Notes: generated by a model from the letters alone, not told the origin. Positions 48,663-58,750 are shown, counted from the first letter of the stretch. The stretch is DNA of 64,000 nt from Longimicrobiales bacterium (GCA_965238005.1 OZ250165.1:1408001-1472000); one strand, 5' to 3'. Made by a program: numbers and translations.

Positions 48663-49946
48663 ATGCCCAGCTTTATCGTAGAGGGCGGCCATACCCTGAC
48701 CGGGACGATCCGACCCTCCGGCAACAAGAACGCTGCCTTGCCTGCAATCGCAGCCACAGTGCTCGCATCCGAGCCCGTCACCCTCCAGAACATCCCATGC
48801 ATTCGCGACGTCGAGACCCTCTTGGAAATCGTGAGCTCGCTCGGTGCCGACGTACGATGGGACGACGAGAACGTGGTCACCGTGGATGCCTCCGAAGTGG
48901 TTTCGGCAGGAGTGGACCGGAGGTTGGCTGAGCGCATTCGAGCGTCGCTACTCCTCGCCGGACCCCTCCTGGCCCGCTTTGGGCGGGTCGATCTGCCTCC
49001 GCCGGGTGGAGACGTGATCGGTCGTCGTCGCATGGACACCCACTTCCTGGCGTTCGAGGCCCTGGGGGCTGAAGTGAGCCTGAACGGGGGCTTCCGGATC
49101 GAAGCACCGGGCCTGACCGGGGCCGACGTGTTCCTGGACGAGCCCTCCGTCACGGCCACCGAGAACACCATCATGGCAGCGGTGCTCGCCGACGGGGAGT
49201 CGTTACTGCGGAATGTCGCCTCCGAGCCGCACGTCCAGGATCTGTGTCATCTCCTTAACGGCATGGGTGCCCACATCGAGGGGATCGGCACGAATCGCCT
49301 TCACATCGAAGGGGTTCGGGAGCTCGGCGGTACCACCTTCGCCATCGGCAGGGACCACATCGAGACGGGGTCCTTCATCGGCCTTGCGGTAGTGACGGGG
49401 AGTGAGCTGGTGGTGGAAGAGGCCCCCATCGAGCACCTGGATTCCACCTTATTGGGCTTCGCGCGACTCGGAGTGGAGGTGACCATCGCTGCGGATTCAC
49501 TCACGATTCACGGTGACCGCGAGTGCCGGGTGGCCAGCGACGCCTTCGGTGCCGTGCCCAAGGTCGACGACGGCCCCTGGCCGGCGTTTCCGGCGGATCT
49601 CACGTCCATCGCCGTGGTCACGGCCACACAGTGTACCGGGACCGTCCTGGTGCACGAGAAGATGTTCGAGTCCCGGATGTACTTCACGGACAAGCTCGTG
49701 GCCATGGGTGCCCAGATCATCCTCTGCGACCCCCACCGAGCGGTGGTGGCTGGTCCATCCAAGCTCCGGGCCACGACGCTGGAGAGCCCCGACATCCGGG
49801 CCGGGATGGCGATGCTGATCGCGGCTCTGGGGGCAGAGGGCACGAGCCGCATCCAGAACATCCGCCAGATCGAGCGCGGGTACGAGCGCATCGACCAGCG
49901 GCTCCGTGCCCTCGGGGCCCGTATCGAGAGAGTCGAGGCATCCTAG
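48663..49946 (+). CDS. murA: UDP-N-acetylglucosamine 1-carboxyvinyltransferase (Asp-type)
   Basis: SGNKNAALP, IRASLL, PGGDVIGRR, PSVTATEN, PAFPAD, DIRAG, IERGYE. AAGGAGG SD. Confidence 0.96.
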   Translation: MPSFIVEGGHTLTGTIRPSGNKNAALPAIAATVLASEPVTLQNIPCIRDVETLLEIVSSLGADVRWDDENVVTVDASEVVSAGVDRRLAERIRASLLLAGPLLARFGRVDLPPPGGDVIGRRRMDTHFLAFEALGAEVSLNGGFRIEAPGLTGADVFLDEPSVTATENTIMAAVLADGESLLRNVASEPHVQDLCHLLNGMGAHIEGIGTNRLHIEGVRELGGTTFAIGRDHIETGSFIGLAVVTGSELVVEEAPIEHLDSTLLGFARLGVEVTIAADSLTIHGDRECRVASDAFGAVPKVDDGPWPAFPADLTSIAVVTATQCTGTVLVHEKMFESRMYFTDKLVAMGAQIILCDPHRAVVAGPSKLRATTLESPDIRAGMAMLIAALGAEGTSRIQNIRQIERGYERIDQRLRALGARIERVEAS

Positions 49947-50062
49947 AAACCCCGTGGGCGCCACGACCGTAGGGCCTACAGGTGGACTGAACGCTCCGGT
50001 GACCCCGAGAGGCCCTGCAGGGGCGACCACCTGGTCACCTCACAGAGGAAAAGAGTGACATC

Positions 50063-50464
50063 ATGTCGGAAGAGAACGCTCCTGAGGAGAACAACGGCTC
50101 GGGCACCGAGCAGGAACCGCAAGAGAAAAGCCGGACAGACAGCATAAAGGGCGGCATTCGGCAGGGGATGAGCATGCTCAGTGCCATGAAAGACGCCATC
50201 GAGGAGACTCTCAGCGAAGCGAGGGAGCGGGGCGATCTCACGCCTGAGAGGGCGCAAGAGGTCATGCGCTCGACGCTGGAGAAAGCCCAGGCCAGAGCCG
50301 GGGAGGCTCGGGAGGCCTTCGACTTCGTCAAACAAAAGGACTTCGACGGCCTGAAGGGCGTGGTAGACGAGCTCAAGGAGAGGGTCAAGGGTGTTGAGAG
50401 ATCCCTGGGGCTCGAGGTCGAAGAGGCCTCCGAGGGGCCGGCCGAGGACGAGGGGGACGCGTGA
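50063..50464 (+). CDS. Phasin-like helical protein
   Basis: Amphipathic helices ..ERGDLTPERAQE..FVKQKDFDGLK..; GAGG SD. Family assignment is inference. Confidence 0.55.
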   Translation: MSEENAPEENNGSGTEQEPQEKSRTDSIKGGIRQGMSMLSAMKDAIEETLSEARERGDLTPERAQEVMRSTLEKAQARAGEAREAFDFVKQKDFDGLKGVVDELKERVKGVERSLGLEVEEASEGPAEDEGDA

Positions 50465-50496
50465 AGCCCTGAGGCCGATCACCAGGGGCTCTAGTC

Positions 50497-50525
50497 TTGA
50501 GGAATCAAGGCATTGCGCCTAAATT
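50497..50525 (+). promoter_or_regulatory. Candidate sigma70 promoter of the rimP-nusA-infB operon
   Basis: TTGAGG-17 nt-TAAATT. Confidence 0.5.
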
Positions 50526-50563
50526 ACTGTCGTAAGGGCCGTCCCTGGGGCGGCCGCTTTTGT

Positions 50564-50594
50564 GAGTGGGGGAGTTGGTTGCCCCCGCTTTTTT
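50564..50594 (+). terminator. rimP leader attenuator hairpin
   Basis: gagtggggg..cccccgctt plus T-run in the 5' leader of rimP, the usual position of the nusA-operon leader terminator. Confidence 0.65.
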
Positions 50595-50639
50595 GTTCTC
50601 GGAGGTTTGCGTAAGCCGCGGCCTCCGGTAGGGGTGGCC

Positions 50640-51128
50640 ATGGCTACATCACGGCCCGAAGTCGAGCAGGAGATGGAGGCGCGGATCGCGGCTCTCGGAT
50701 TCGAGCTCGTCTTGCTGGAGTGGGCCGGGAGCCGGGCTCGGCCGATCATGCGCGTCCGCATGGATCGGCTCGGCTCGGGGCTGGAGTCGTCGGTCACGGT
50801 GGACGATTGCGCTCAGGTGAGCCGTGCCCTCGAGGCTTGGCTCGACGAGCACGAGGACGTGCCTGAGCACTATGTGCTGGAGGTCTCGTCTCCGGGAGTC
50901 GAGCGGCCGTTGGTCCGGCCACGCGACTGGGAGCGCTTTGCAGGCCGGTCTGTCGTGGTCAAAGGCCATGGGGTTCTCGCTGAGCGGTCCACTCGGCTCG
51001 AGGCTGAGTTGTTGGGATTGGACCCGGAGCCGGAGCCGACGGCCCGGCTCCGACTGGGAGATGGGACTGAGGTGTGGGTGCCCCTGACCGACATCAAGGG
51101 TGCCCACCTCCTGTTCACCTGGAAGTAA
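50640..51128 (+). CDS. rimP: Ribosome maturation factor RimP
   Basis: VTVDDCAQVSR, YVLEVSSPGVERPL. Confidence 0.96.
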   Translation: MATSRPEVEQEMEARIAALGFELVLLEWAGSRARPIMRVRMDRLGSGLESSVTVDDCAQVSRALEAWLDEHEDVPEHYVLEVSSPGVERPLVRPRDWERFAGRSVVVKGHGVLAERSTRLEAELLGLDPEPEPTARLRLGDGTEVWVPLTDIKGAHLLFTWK

Positions 51129-51149
51129 GGCGTACGGGGTGAGGACAAT

Positions 51150-52745
51150 ATGACTGATACCGGCCAGATCGTCGCGGCGTTCAGAGATGTCGCCGCAACG
51201 AAGAGCCTGTCTCCAGATGAGGTGAATGAACTCATCCAGGACGGGATTAGGGCGGGTCTGGCGCGCATATACGGTCCGAACGTACAGGCCGAGATCACCA
51301 TAGACGATGTGGCCGGCGGATTCGACATGGTGGTGCTCCGACGGGTTGTCGAGGAGGTGGAAGACCCCTCGTCCGAAATCAGCCTTGAGGAGGCCCGTTG
51401 GGACGACGAAGGGTTCGAAGTCGGCGACGTAATGGAGATTCCGGTCGATTTCGCGGACTTCGGTCGCAACGCGGTCATGGCCGTGAAACAGCGTATCGTT
51501 CAGCTGATTCGTGAAACCGAGCGTGACCGAATTCGCGATGAGTACTCGGACCGCATCGGGGAGCTACTCTCCGGCGAGGTGCAGCAGATCGAGCGTGGCA
51601 AGATCGTGGTCATGCTCAACCGCTCGCCCGACGCCGATGCCATCATTCCCTGGAAAGATCAGAATCCCCGGGAGCGATTCCGGCAGGGCGATCCCATTCG
51701 GTGCGTCCTCAAAAAGGTTGAAGAAACCCCGAAAGGTCCTCGCCTCATCCTCTCCAGGGGAGACCCCCTTTTCGTGGCGGCCCTCTTCAGCCTTGAGGTG
51801 CCGGAGATCCACCAGGGGATCGTGGACATCAAGGAAGTGGCCCGTGAGGTCGGTGGACGGACGAAGATCGCGGTCTACAGCCGGGATGAGTCCATCGATC
51901 CAGTGGGTGCCTGTGTCGGCCTTAGAGGCTCCCGGGTGCAAGCGGTGGTGCAGGAGCTCGGCGGAGAGCGGATCGACATCGTCCCGTGGCACGCCGAGCC
52001 GGAGGTATTCGCGCGGCGCTCCCTGGCACCGGCGCGGGTCTCCAAGGTCGTGAGCGATCCAGAGCGCCAGGTGATCACGGCCATCGTCGACGAGGATCAG
52101 CTCTCCCTGGCCATCGGCCGGAACGGCCAGAACGTGCGGCTCGCGTCCCAGCTCATCGGCTGGCAGATCGACCTGTACGGTTCGCGGGAGTGGGTTGAGC
52201 TCGGAGCGGATCTTTCCTTGTTCCAGGAATCGGGCGAGGGCGACTACGAGACCTCCGATTTTTCGTTGGCGGAGCTGGATCTCGCTCCGGGGACTCTGGC
52301 GGCCCTCGGGGCGGCTGGATATAGTACTTTTCTGCAGATCATCGACTTCGACCGCAACGACTTCCTGGCCATCGAGGGGCTGACGGAAGCCGATGCGGAT
52401 CGGCTCCTCACCCTCATAGATGAGCTCACTGTCGTGGCGGATTCGTCCGCCACGGAGGGCGCGGTCGTCGAGGATGATTCCTCCACGGCCGGAGATGCCT
52501 CAGACACCGCCGAGGCCGAGGATACGGTGGACCTCGAGGGCACGACGGAAGAAGCCGGCGGGGACGAGACTGACGATGTAGCAGAGGCAGGAACCGCCGA
52601 GGTGGCGGTAGATGAGGTGGACGAATCCGGGTCGGAGGGCCTGGCTGCCGCCATGGGTGCGGAGGGAACGGAGGTCGTGGGCGGCCTCGAGGAGGCGGGT
52701 GAAGAGGCGACGAGTGGAGACGATGAAGAGCCGGTCGAAGCGTAG
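51150..52745 (+). CDS. nusA: Transcription termination factor NusA with long acidic tail
   Basis: FGRNAVMAVKQ, EVPEI, DPVGACVGLRGSRVQ, SLAIGRNGQNVRLA. Confidence 0.97.
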   Translation: MTDTGQIVAAFRDVAATKSLSPDEVNELIQDGIRAGLARIYGPNVQAEITIDDVAGGFDMVVLRRVVEEVEDPSSEISLEEARWDDEGFEVGDVMEIPVDFADFGRNAVMAVKQRIVQLIRETERDRIRDEYSDRIGELLSGEVQQIERGKIVVMLNRSPDADAIIPWKDQNPRERFRQGDPIRCVLKKVEETPKGPRLILSRGDPLFVAALFSLEVPEIHQGIVDIKEVAREVGGRTKIAVYSRDESIDPVGACVGLRGSRVQAVVQELGGERIDIVPWHAEPEVFARRSLAPARVSKVVSDPERQVITAIVDEDQLSLAIGRNGQNVRLASQLIGWQIDLYGSREWVELGADLSLFQESGEGDYETSDFSLAELDLAPGTLAALGAAGYSTFLQIIDFDRNDFLAIEGLTEADADRLLTLIDELTVVADSSATEGAVVEDDSSTAGDASDTAEAEDTVDLEGTTEEAGGDETDDVAEAGTAEVAVDEVDESGSEGLAAAMGAEGTEVVGGLEEAGEEATSGDDEEPVEA

Positions 52746-53073
52746 CGCATTGGCGCTCCTGGGGCTCGCCCGTCGAGCCGGCGCATTGGAGCGCGGGACC
52801 GGATCCACTCAGCGTGCCGTCAAGGATGGACGCGCCCGGCTGGTGTGGTTTGCCGACGACGCCTCGGAGGTCCAACGGGACAAAGTGTTGAAGCTGCTGC
52901 GCCATCGGGCGACTCCCCGCGTGATCCTGGGGAGCCGAGCCGAATTGGGTGCGGCGGTCGGATCCGCTCCGATCTCCGCCGTTGCTGTTACCGAGGCGGC
53001 CTTCGCGAGTCGTTTGGCCAGGCAGTTGGCCGCGAACCTGGGTACGAACGATGAGACTGAGAAGCGGAGGTAG
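52723..53073 (+). CDS. ylxQ: L7Ae/YlxQ-family RNA-binding protein
   Basis: LLGLARRAG, ADDAS, ELGAAVG; lies between nusA and infB. Confidence 0.88.
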   Translation: MKSRSKRSALALLGLARRAGALERGTGSTQRAVKDGRARLVWFADDASEVQRDKVLKLLRHRATPRVILGSRAELGAAVGSAPISAVAVTEAAFASRLARQLAANLGTNDETEKRR

Positions 53074-53082
53074 GCAAAGTAG

Positions 53083-55695
53083 ATGCGGGTTGTAGAACTA
53101 GCCAAAGATCTCGGAGTTTCGTCCGAGGTTTTGCTTAGCCTGTTGAGGGCGTTGCACATCCGCGTCCCTGACGAGGATACGTCCATGAGCGACGAGGACG
53201 TGTCGCGGATTCTCGCCCGCCTCGAGCGGGAGCGTCGTGCCGGTCACAAGGACGCGAGCGAGGCGATTCAGGCCGCCATCGAGGACGCCAAGCCTACTGT
53301 GGGCCGGCGTCGGAGGCGCCGGGCGAGTGAAATACCGCCAGAGCCCGAGCCGGAGCAGGAAGAGGCCGAGTCCTCTGAGGAACCCACCGCGAAAGAGGCT
53401 GACGACGTCGCCGCTTCGACCGCTGTGGCCGACGAGGACGCCGAGCCAGAGGAGTCGGCACAGGACGAGGAGTCAGAGGAAGAAGCCGAGGAAGAGGAGC
53501 TCGTAGCCGAGGAAGAGGTGGCTGCAGAGGCCCCTGCCGAGGAGGTTGCAACTGAGGCGCTCGTCGAGACGGCTGAGTTGCCCGTGGCACCGGCTACGCC
53601 GCCGGAGCCCGTTCGCCGGTCCGCGCCCGAGGGACCTGCTCGTGTCATCCGTCGGCCCAAGCCGGGGTCCAACGCAGGCCCTGGCGGGCAGGTTCGCGTG
53701 CAGGCGGAGGGATATACGGCCGACGGCCAGCGGCGGCAGCGCCAGAAAAAGAAGGGTAAGAAGCGCCAGCGCGTCGATCAGAGCGCGGTCCAGGAGAACA
53801 TCCAGCGGGTCATGGCTGAGCTCAAGGGCGGTGGCAAGAAGCGCCGTCGCAAAGGATCCGCGCCCACGAAGGAGGAGCGCGAGGCCGCCGAGGAGGAGGC
53901 ACGTGAGGAGGAGGAGCGCGTGCGGACGACCGTTCGGGTGAACGAGTTCCTCACGGTCTCCGAGCTGTCGGAGCTGGTGGATGTGTCCTCCACCGAGATC
54001 ATCGGCTCCGCGTTCAAGAATCTCGGCCTCATGGTCACGATCAATCAGAGGCTCGACTTCGATCAGATCGAGCTGCTTCTGGATGAGTTCGACTTCACCG
54101 CGGTGCGTGAGGAGGAGTATAGCGTCGACGAGGAAGACGCGATCGAGGAGGACTCTCCAGAGGATCTGGAGCCGCGAGCCCCCGTGGTGACGGTCATGGG
54201 TCACGTGGACCACGGAAAGACGCTCCTGCTCGACAAGATCCGGCGCTCGAACGTCGTGGCTGGAGAGTCGGGAGGCATCACCCAGCACATCGGTGCGTAT
54301 CGCGTGGAGCTGGGTGACGAGCGAAGCATCACTTTCCTGGACACTCCCGGCCACGCGGCGTTCACGGCCATGCGGGCACGAGGCGCCGAGGTCACGGACA
54401 TCGTGATTCTCGTCGTCGCCGCAGACGACTCCGTCATGCCCCAGACCAGAGAGGCCATCAGCCACGCGCGGAATGCGGGCGTACCCATCGTCGTGGCCGT
54501 CAACAAGTGCGATCTACCGGCGGCCGATCCCATGAAGGTCAAGCAGGAGCTTCTGCAGCAGGACGTACAGGTCGAGGAGTTCGGTGGAGACGTCCTGAGC
54601 GGCGACATCTCCGCGAAGACCCGTGAGGGGATCGACGACCTCCTCGAGAAGCTCCTCCTGCAAGCCGAACTCCTGGAGCTCAAGGCGAACCCGAACCGCC
54701 CTGCGAAGGGGATCGTCATCGAAGCTCAGCTCGACGTCGGAAAGGGCCCGGTCGTCTCGGTACTCGTGCAGAAGGGCACGCTGCGCGTCGGGGATTCCTT
54801 CCTGGTCGGGCACTTCGAGGGCCGCGTGCGGGCCATGCTCGACGAGCGGGGCCACCCGGTGAAGGACGTGAGTCCGGGGATTCCAGTGCAGCTCCTCGGG
54901 ACGGCCGGGGTTCCCCAAGCCGGTGACGCGTTCCAGGTGATGGCTGCCGAGAGAGCGAGCGAGATCGCCCAGAGCCGCATGCGTCTCGAGCGGGAGAAGC
55001 AGCTTCGCATCAAGGAGCGGGGCGTCAAGCTGGGCGACTTCTCAGGGCTGCTCGCTTCTGGCCAGGCCGACATGCTCCCCCTCATCATCAAGGCGGACGT
55101 GGACGGCTCGGTGCAGGCCCTATCCGACGCCCTCGAGCAGCTAGGGACCGACGAGGTGAAGGTCCAGATCGTCCATCGGGCGGTAGGGGCCATCAACGAA
55201 GAAGACGTGTTGCTCGCCGGGACGTCCGGCTCGGTCATCATCGGCTTCCGCGTGCGCCCCTACACCAACGCCCGGAAGCATGCCGAGCGAGACGGAGTGG
55301 ACATCCGCATGTACGACGTCATCTACGAGGCCGTGGATGAGGTGCGTGCTGCCCTCGAGGGCATGCTGACACCGGAGCGGAGAGAGACCATTCTCGGTAC
55401 CGCCGAGGTTCGTGAGGTCTTCAAGGTCAGCAAGGTGGGCACCATAGCCGGCTCGCATGTCCTCGAAGGCGTCGTCGATCGGAAGTCCCGTGCACGGCTC
55501 GTGCGTGAAGGAATCGTCGTTTACGAAGGCGAGATCTCCTCTCTCAAGCGCTTCAAGGACGACGCGAAGGAGGTGCGAGAGGGCTTCGAGTGCGGCATCG
55601 GGATCGCCAACTTCAACGACATCAAACTCGGCGACATCATCGAGTGCTACTCGGTCGAGGAAGTGGCTCGCACGCTCGCCGGAGCCGCGGGATAG
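53083..55695 (+). CDS. infB: Translation initiation factor IF-2
   Basis: MGHVDHGKT, GGITQHIGAY, FLDTPGHAAF, SLKRFKDD..ECGI. Confidence 0.98.
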   Translation: MRVVELAKDLGVSSEVLLSLLRALHIRVPDEDTSMSDEDVSRILARLERERRAGHKDASEAIQAAIEDAKPTVGRRRRRRASEIPPEPEPEQEEAESSEEPTAKEADDVAASTAVADEDAEPEESAQDEESEEEAEEEELVAEEEVAAEAPAEEVATEALVETAELPVAPATPPEPVRRSAPEGPARVIRRPKPGSNAGPGGQVRVQAEGYTADGQRRQRQKKKGKKRQRVDQSAVQENIQRVMAELKGGGKKRRRKGSAPTKEEREAAEEEAREEEERVRTTVRVNEFLTVSELSELVDVSSTEIIGSAFKNLGLMVTINQRLDFDQIELLLDEFDFTAVREEEYSVDEEDAIEEDSPEDLEPRAPVVTVMGHVDHGKTLLLDKIRRSNVVAGESGGITQHIGAYRVELGDERSITFLDTPGHAAFTAMRARGAEVTDIVILVVAADDSVMPQTREAISHARNAGVPIVVAVNKCDLPAADPMKVKQELLQQDVQVEEFGGDVLSGDISAKTREGIDDLLEKLLLQAELLELKANPNRPAKGIVIEAQLDVGKGPVVSVLVQKGTLRVGDSFLVGHFEGRVRAMLDERGHPVKDVSPGIPVQLLGTAGVPQAGDAFQVMAAERASEIAQSRMRLEREKQLRIKERGVKLGDFSGLLASGQADMLPLIIKADVDGSVQALSDALEQLGTDEVKVQIVHRAVGAINEEDVLLAGTSGSVIIGFRVRPYTNARKHAERDGVDIRMYDVIYEAVDEVRAALEGMLTPERRETILGTAEVREVFKVSKVGTIAGSHVLEGVVDRKSRARLVREGIVVYEGEISSLKRFKDDAKEVREGFECGIGIANFNDIKLGDIIECYSVEEVARTLAGAAG

Positions 55696-55754
55696 TGTCC
55701 CGTTACCAAAGTGTCTCGGGCAGTCGAGGGCACGCGAACTTCGGAAACGGAACA
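55696..55754. mobile_element. MITE-like element family A, copy 4 (59-bp internally deleted derivative)
   Basis: Both TIRs retained. Left flank ATAG is the infB stop; right flank CTAG. Confidence 0.88.
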
Positions 55755-55790
55755 CTAGTGTTCCGGGGAAGCCCGTAGGAGGAGCGATAC

Positions 55791-56072
55791 GTGCTGGTGG
55801 CCGTGTGCTCATGGGAGCTCTCGCTTCCGGGATGCGGCTCTCTCAAGGAAAAACGAAGGGTCGTCAAGTCGTTGAAGGACCGCCTCCGCAGTCGGTTCAA
55901 CGTCTCGGTGGCCGAGACCGGCCATCAAGAAGCGTGGACACGGACCCAGTTGTCCGTGGCTCTGGTGACCACCGACGGACGCTTGGCCGAGTCGCTGCTC
56001 TCGAAGGTCGACCGCCTCATCGAACGAGAGACACGCGCCGTCATCCTCTCCAGCAAGAGGGACCTCTATTGA
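55791..56072 (+). CDS. DUF503 (YlxP-like) protein
   Basis: SLKEKRRVVKSLKDRL..FNVSVAE; AGGAGG SD. Confidence 0.9.
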   Translation: MLVAVCSWELSLPGCGSLKEKRRVVKSLKDRLRSRFNVSVAETGHQEAWTRTQLSVALVTTDGRLAESLLSKVDRLIERETRAVILSSKRDLY

Positions 56073-56112
56073 ACCGGCCGGTGTCTCTCATCGGCCACAT
56101 CCTCTAGGATCT

Positions 56113-56508
56113 ATGCCCGACCGACGCCTCGCCCGCCTGAACGAGCAGTTCAGGCGAGAGATCACCGATATCCTGCGTCGGGACGTGCGGGATCCCAGGG
56201 TTAAGGACGTCGTGATAACGGGTGTCGCCGTAACCTCGGACCTGTGGCTCGCTCGCGTCTACGTGCGGGTCGCCGCTGGGGACGAGGAGCGCAAGGAGGC
56301 CATGAAGGGTCTCGATGCCGCGTCCAACTTCATCCGGCGGGAGCTCGGATCCATGCTGCACATCCGTCGCCTTCCCGAGTTGCGCTTCCTGGAGGACGAG
56401 ACTCTCGAGCAGGCCAATCGCATCGAGGAGATCCTTCGCGAGATCCGGCAGCAGCAGCGCCCCGAAACGTCGGGTGAGAGCGCGCAGGTGGAGCCGAGTG
56501 AGGACTGA
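56113..56508 (+). CDS. rbfA: Ribosome-binding factor A
   Basis: VRDPRV, VTSDL..ARVY, RRLPELRF. Confidence 0.95.
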   Translation: MPDRRLARLNEQFRREITDILRRDVRDPRVKDVVITGVAVTSDLWLARVYVRVAAGDEERKEAMKGLDAASNFIRRELGSMLHIRRLPELRFLEDETLEQANRIEEILREIRQQQRPETSGESAQVEPSED

Positions 56509-56518
56509 CGCTTTCGAG

Positions 56519-57415
56519 ATGCCAGAACGAGGCGGAGCCTTCCTGGTGGACAAGCCCCCGGGACCCACGTCCCACGACGTGGTGGCCTGGGCGCGTAAGG
56601 GACTGGGCACGAGGCGCGTCGGACATACCGGAACCCTCGACCCCTTCGCGTCGGGACTGTTGATCCTCCTCTTCGGACCGGCGACCCGCTTGGCCGAGTA
56701 CCTCTCGGGCCTTCCCAAGACCTATACGGCCAAGGCCCGGCTGGGGATTAGAACGGACACCCACGACTCCCAAGGCCGGGTCGTGGAGCCGGAGGGGGAG
56801 TGGCAGACGATCGGCCGCGATGACGTCTCGTCGGAGCTGGCGCGCTTTCAGGGCCGGATCGAGCAGGTGCCACCGCAGTTCTCGGCGAAGAAGATCGGCG
56901 GGGAGGCCATGTACAGGAAGGCTAGGCGAGGTGACAGGGTTGAGCTGAGTCCCGTGGCCGTGGAGATCTCGGGCATCCGCCTGACCGAGTTCGATCCTCC
57001 CGACCTCTCCTTCGAGGTGACGTGCTCAGCCGGCACGTACATCCGTGCTCTGGCCAGAGACGTAGGTGAAGGTCTCGGTGTCGGGGCCCACCTCACCGCC
57101 CTGCGCCGGACATGGGTGGGGGACTTCTCGGTCGAAGGAGCCATGCCGGGCGAGGCGCTCCGAGAGGGTGCCCCTCCCACCCCTGGCCAGTGGATCGAGG
57201 CGCGTGAGGCACTCCGTCATCTCACCACGGTGGAGGTGCCGGCCGACGGGGCTTTGCGCCTTCGTCAGGGAGGTAGAATTCCGCTGCCAGAAGCCGGGTT
57301 GGAGTGCGAGAAGCCCATCGCCGTCCTCGACGATGTGGGCCTACTGGGGATCGCCGAAGTGCGAGAGGGCCAGCTGGCGCCGAGGAAGATGCTCCAGGGT
57401 CCCGCGACGTCATGA
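56519..57415 (+). CDS. truB: tRNA pseudouridine(55) synthase
   Basis: DKPPGPTSHDVV, GHTGTLDPFASG, CSAGTYIRALARD. Confidence 0.96.
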   Translation: MPERGGAFLVDKPPGPTSHDVVAWARKGLGTRRVGHTGTLDPFASGLLILLFGPATRLAEYLSGLPKTYTAKARLGIRTDTHDSQGRVVEPEGEWQTIGRDDVSSELARFQGRIEQVPPQFSAKKIGGEAMYRKARRGDRVELSPVAVEISGIRLTEFDPPDLSFEVTCSAGTYIRALARDVGEGLGVGAHLTALRRTWVGDFSVEGAMPGEALREGAPPTPGQWIEAREALRHLTTVEVPADGALRLRQGGRIPLPEAGLECEKPIAVLDDVGLLGIAEVREGQLAPRKMLQGPATS

Positions 57416-58365
57416 CCGGTTATGCCATCGACCCGGCTCTGCCGTCGGGCCTCCCGTTGGATGGCAGAGGGACGGTGGTCACCATCGGCACCTTTGACGG
57501 GGTCCACCGGGGCCACTGGGAGGTCCTCTCCGAGATCCGGCGGAGGGCGGAGGAGACCGGCCGCCGGAGCGTGCTCGTGACCTTCCACCCGCATCCTCTC
57601 ACCATCGTCCGCCCGGAACTGGCTCCCCCCATGCTCACCACGCCGGTGGAGAAGAAGGAGATCCTGGCGGAGTCGGGGCTTGACTACGCCGTCTTCCTTC
57701 CGTTCACGCCGGTGCTGGCCCGGTACTCGCCCCGGCGCTTCGTGGAGGAGATCCTCGTGGGCCGCCTCGGCGTCAAGGAGTTGGTGGTGGGATACGACCA
57801 CCACTTCGGGCGGGGGCGAACCGGCGACGCCGAGACTCTGCGCGGTCTCGGCTCGGAGCTGGGCTTCGAGGTCGATGTCGTAGGTCCGGTGGGCGCACAG
57901 GAACGTCCCATCTCGTCCACGCGCATCCGAAGGGCCCTCCTAGAGGGCGACATGAGTTCGGCCCGCGAGGCCCTGGGTCGTCCATACTCGCTCCGAGGAT
58001 TGGTGGTCCGGGGGGATCAGCGGGGGCGAACCCTGGGCTTTCCCACGGCCAACCTGGAAGTGAGAGGTGGTGGGGTAGGGCAGAAGCTCGTTCCGCCCCC
58101 GGGCATCTATGCCGTCATGGGAATTCTCCGCTCGGGGACGTACGGAGGAGCCCTCCATCTGGGTCCGCGACCTACGTTCCGTGGGTCACCACCCACCATC
58201 GAGATACACCTGTTTGACTTCGATGAGGACATCTACGGCGAGGAGGTCCGCGTTGATTTCGTGCGCTATCTCCGCGAGATCCGTCCCTTCGATTCGCAAC
58301 GGGCCCTGGTAGATCAGATGCGCGAAGATGTGGAGGAGGCCCGGGAGGTCCTGGCGGAAACGTAA
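57412..58365 (+). CDS. ribF: Bifunctional riboflavin kinase/FAD synthetase
   Basis: [28 protein letters not shown]. Confidence 0.96.
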   Translation: MTGYAIDPALPSGLPLDGRGTVVTIGTFDGVHRGHWEVLSEIRRRAEETGRRSVLVTFHPHPLTIVRPELAPPMLTTPVEKKEILAESGLDYAVFLPFTPVLARYSPRRFVEEILVGRLGVKELVVGYDHHFGRGRTGDAETLRGLGSELGFEVDVVGPVGAQERPISSTRIRRALLEGDMSSAREALGRPYSLRGLVVRGDQRGRTLGFPTANLEVRGGGVGQKLVPPPGIYAVMGILRSGTYGGALHLGPRPTFRGSPPTIEIHLFDFDEDIYGEEVRVDFVRYLREIRPFDSQRALVDQMREDVEEAREVLAET

Positions 58366-58391
58366 CGCCGTAGATCCACTGAGCCGGGCCG

Positions 58392-58420
58392 TTGTTGCTC
58401 TACTACGCTTCCGCTACCTT
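58392..58420 (+). promoter_or_regulatory. Candidate promoter of rpsO-pnp
   Basis: TTGTTG-17 nt-TACCTT in an AT-richer intergenic stretch. Confidence 0.4.
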
Positions 58421-58489
58421 AAAAGGCTATTCGTAATACACGAACAAGCTTCCCCTGAAGCGCAGACTCTTGCGGAGGCACACGCAGAC

Positions 58490-58750
58490 GTGACGATCAA
58501 CAGAGCAGAGATCATTCAGAAGCACCAGCTCCACGAGGGAGACGTCGGGAGCGGCCCGGTCCAGGCCGCGATCCTGACAGCTCGCATCAATGATCTCAGG
58601 TCACACTTCGATAACCACAAGAAGGACCATCATAGCCGCCGAGGCCTCCTGAAGATGGTTGGACGCCGCCGCCGGCTGTTGGAGTACGTGAAGCGCACGG
58701 ACGTGGAGCGCTACCGCGAGCTCATCGCGGACCTCGGACTCCGTCACTAG
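58490..58750 (+). CDS. rpsO: 30S ribosomal protein S15
   Basis: [30 protein letters not shown]. Confidence 0.97.
   Translation: MTINRAEIIQKHQLHEGDVGSGPVQAAILTARINDLRSHFDNHKKDHHSRRGLLKMVGRRRRLLEYVKRTDVERYRELIADLGLRH

Noticed and set aside
52700..52760. Absence of ylxR/rnpM between nusA and ylxQ
   Set aside because: The genes overlap cleanly with no remnant; operon content varies between phyla.
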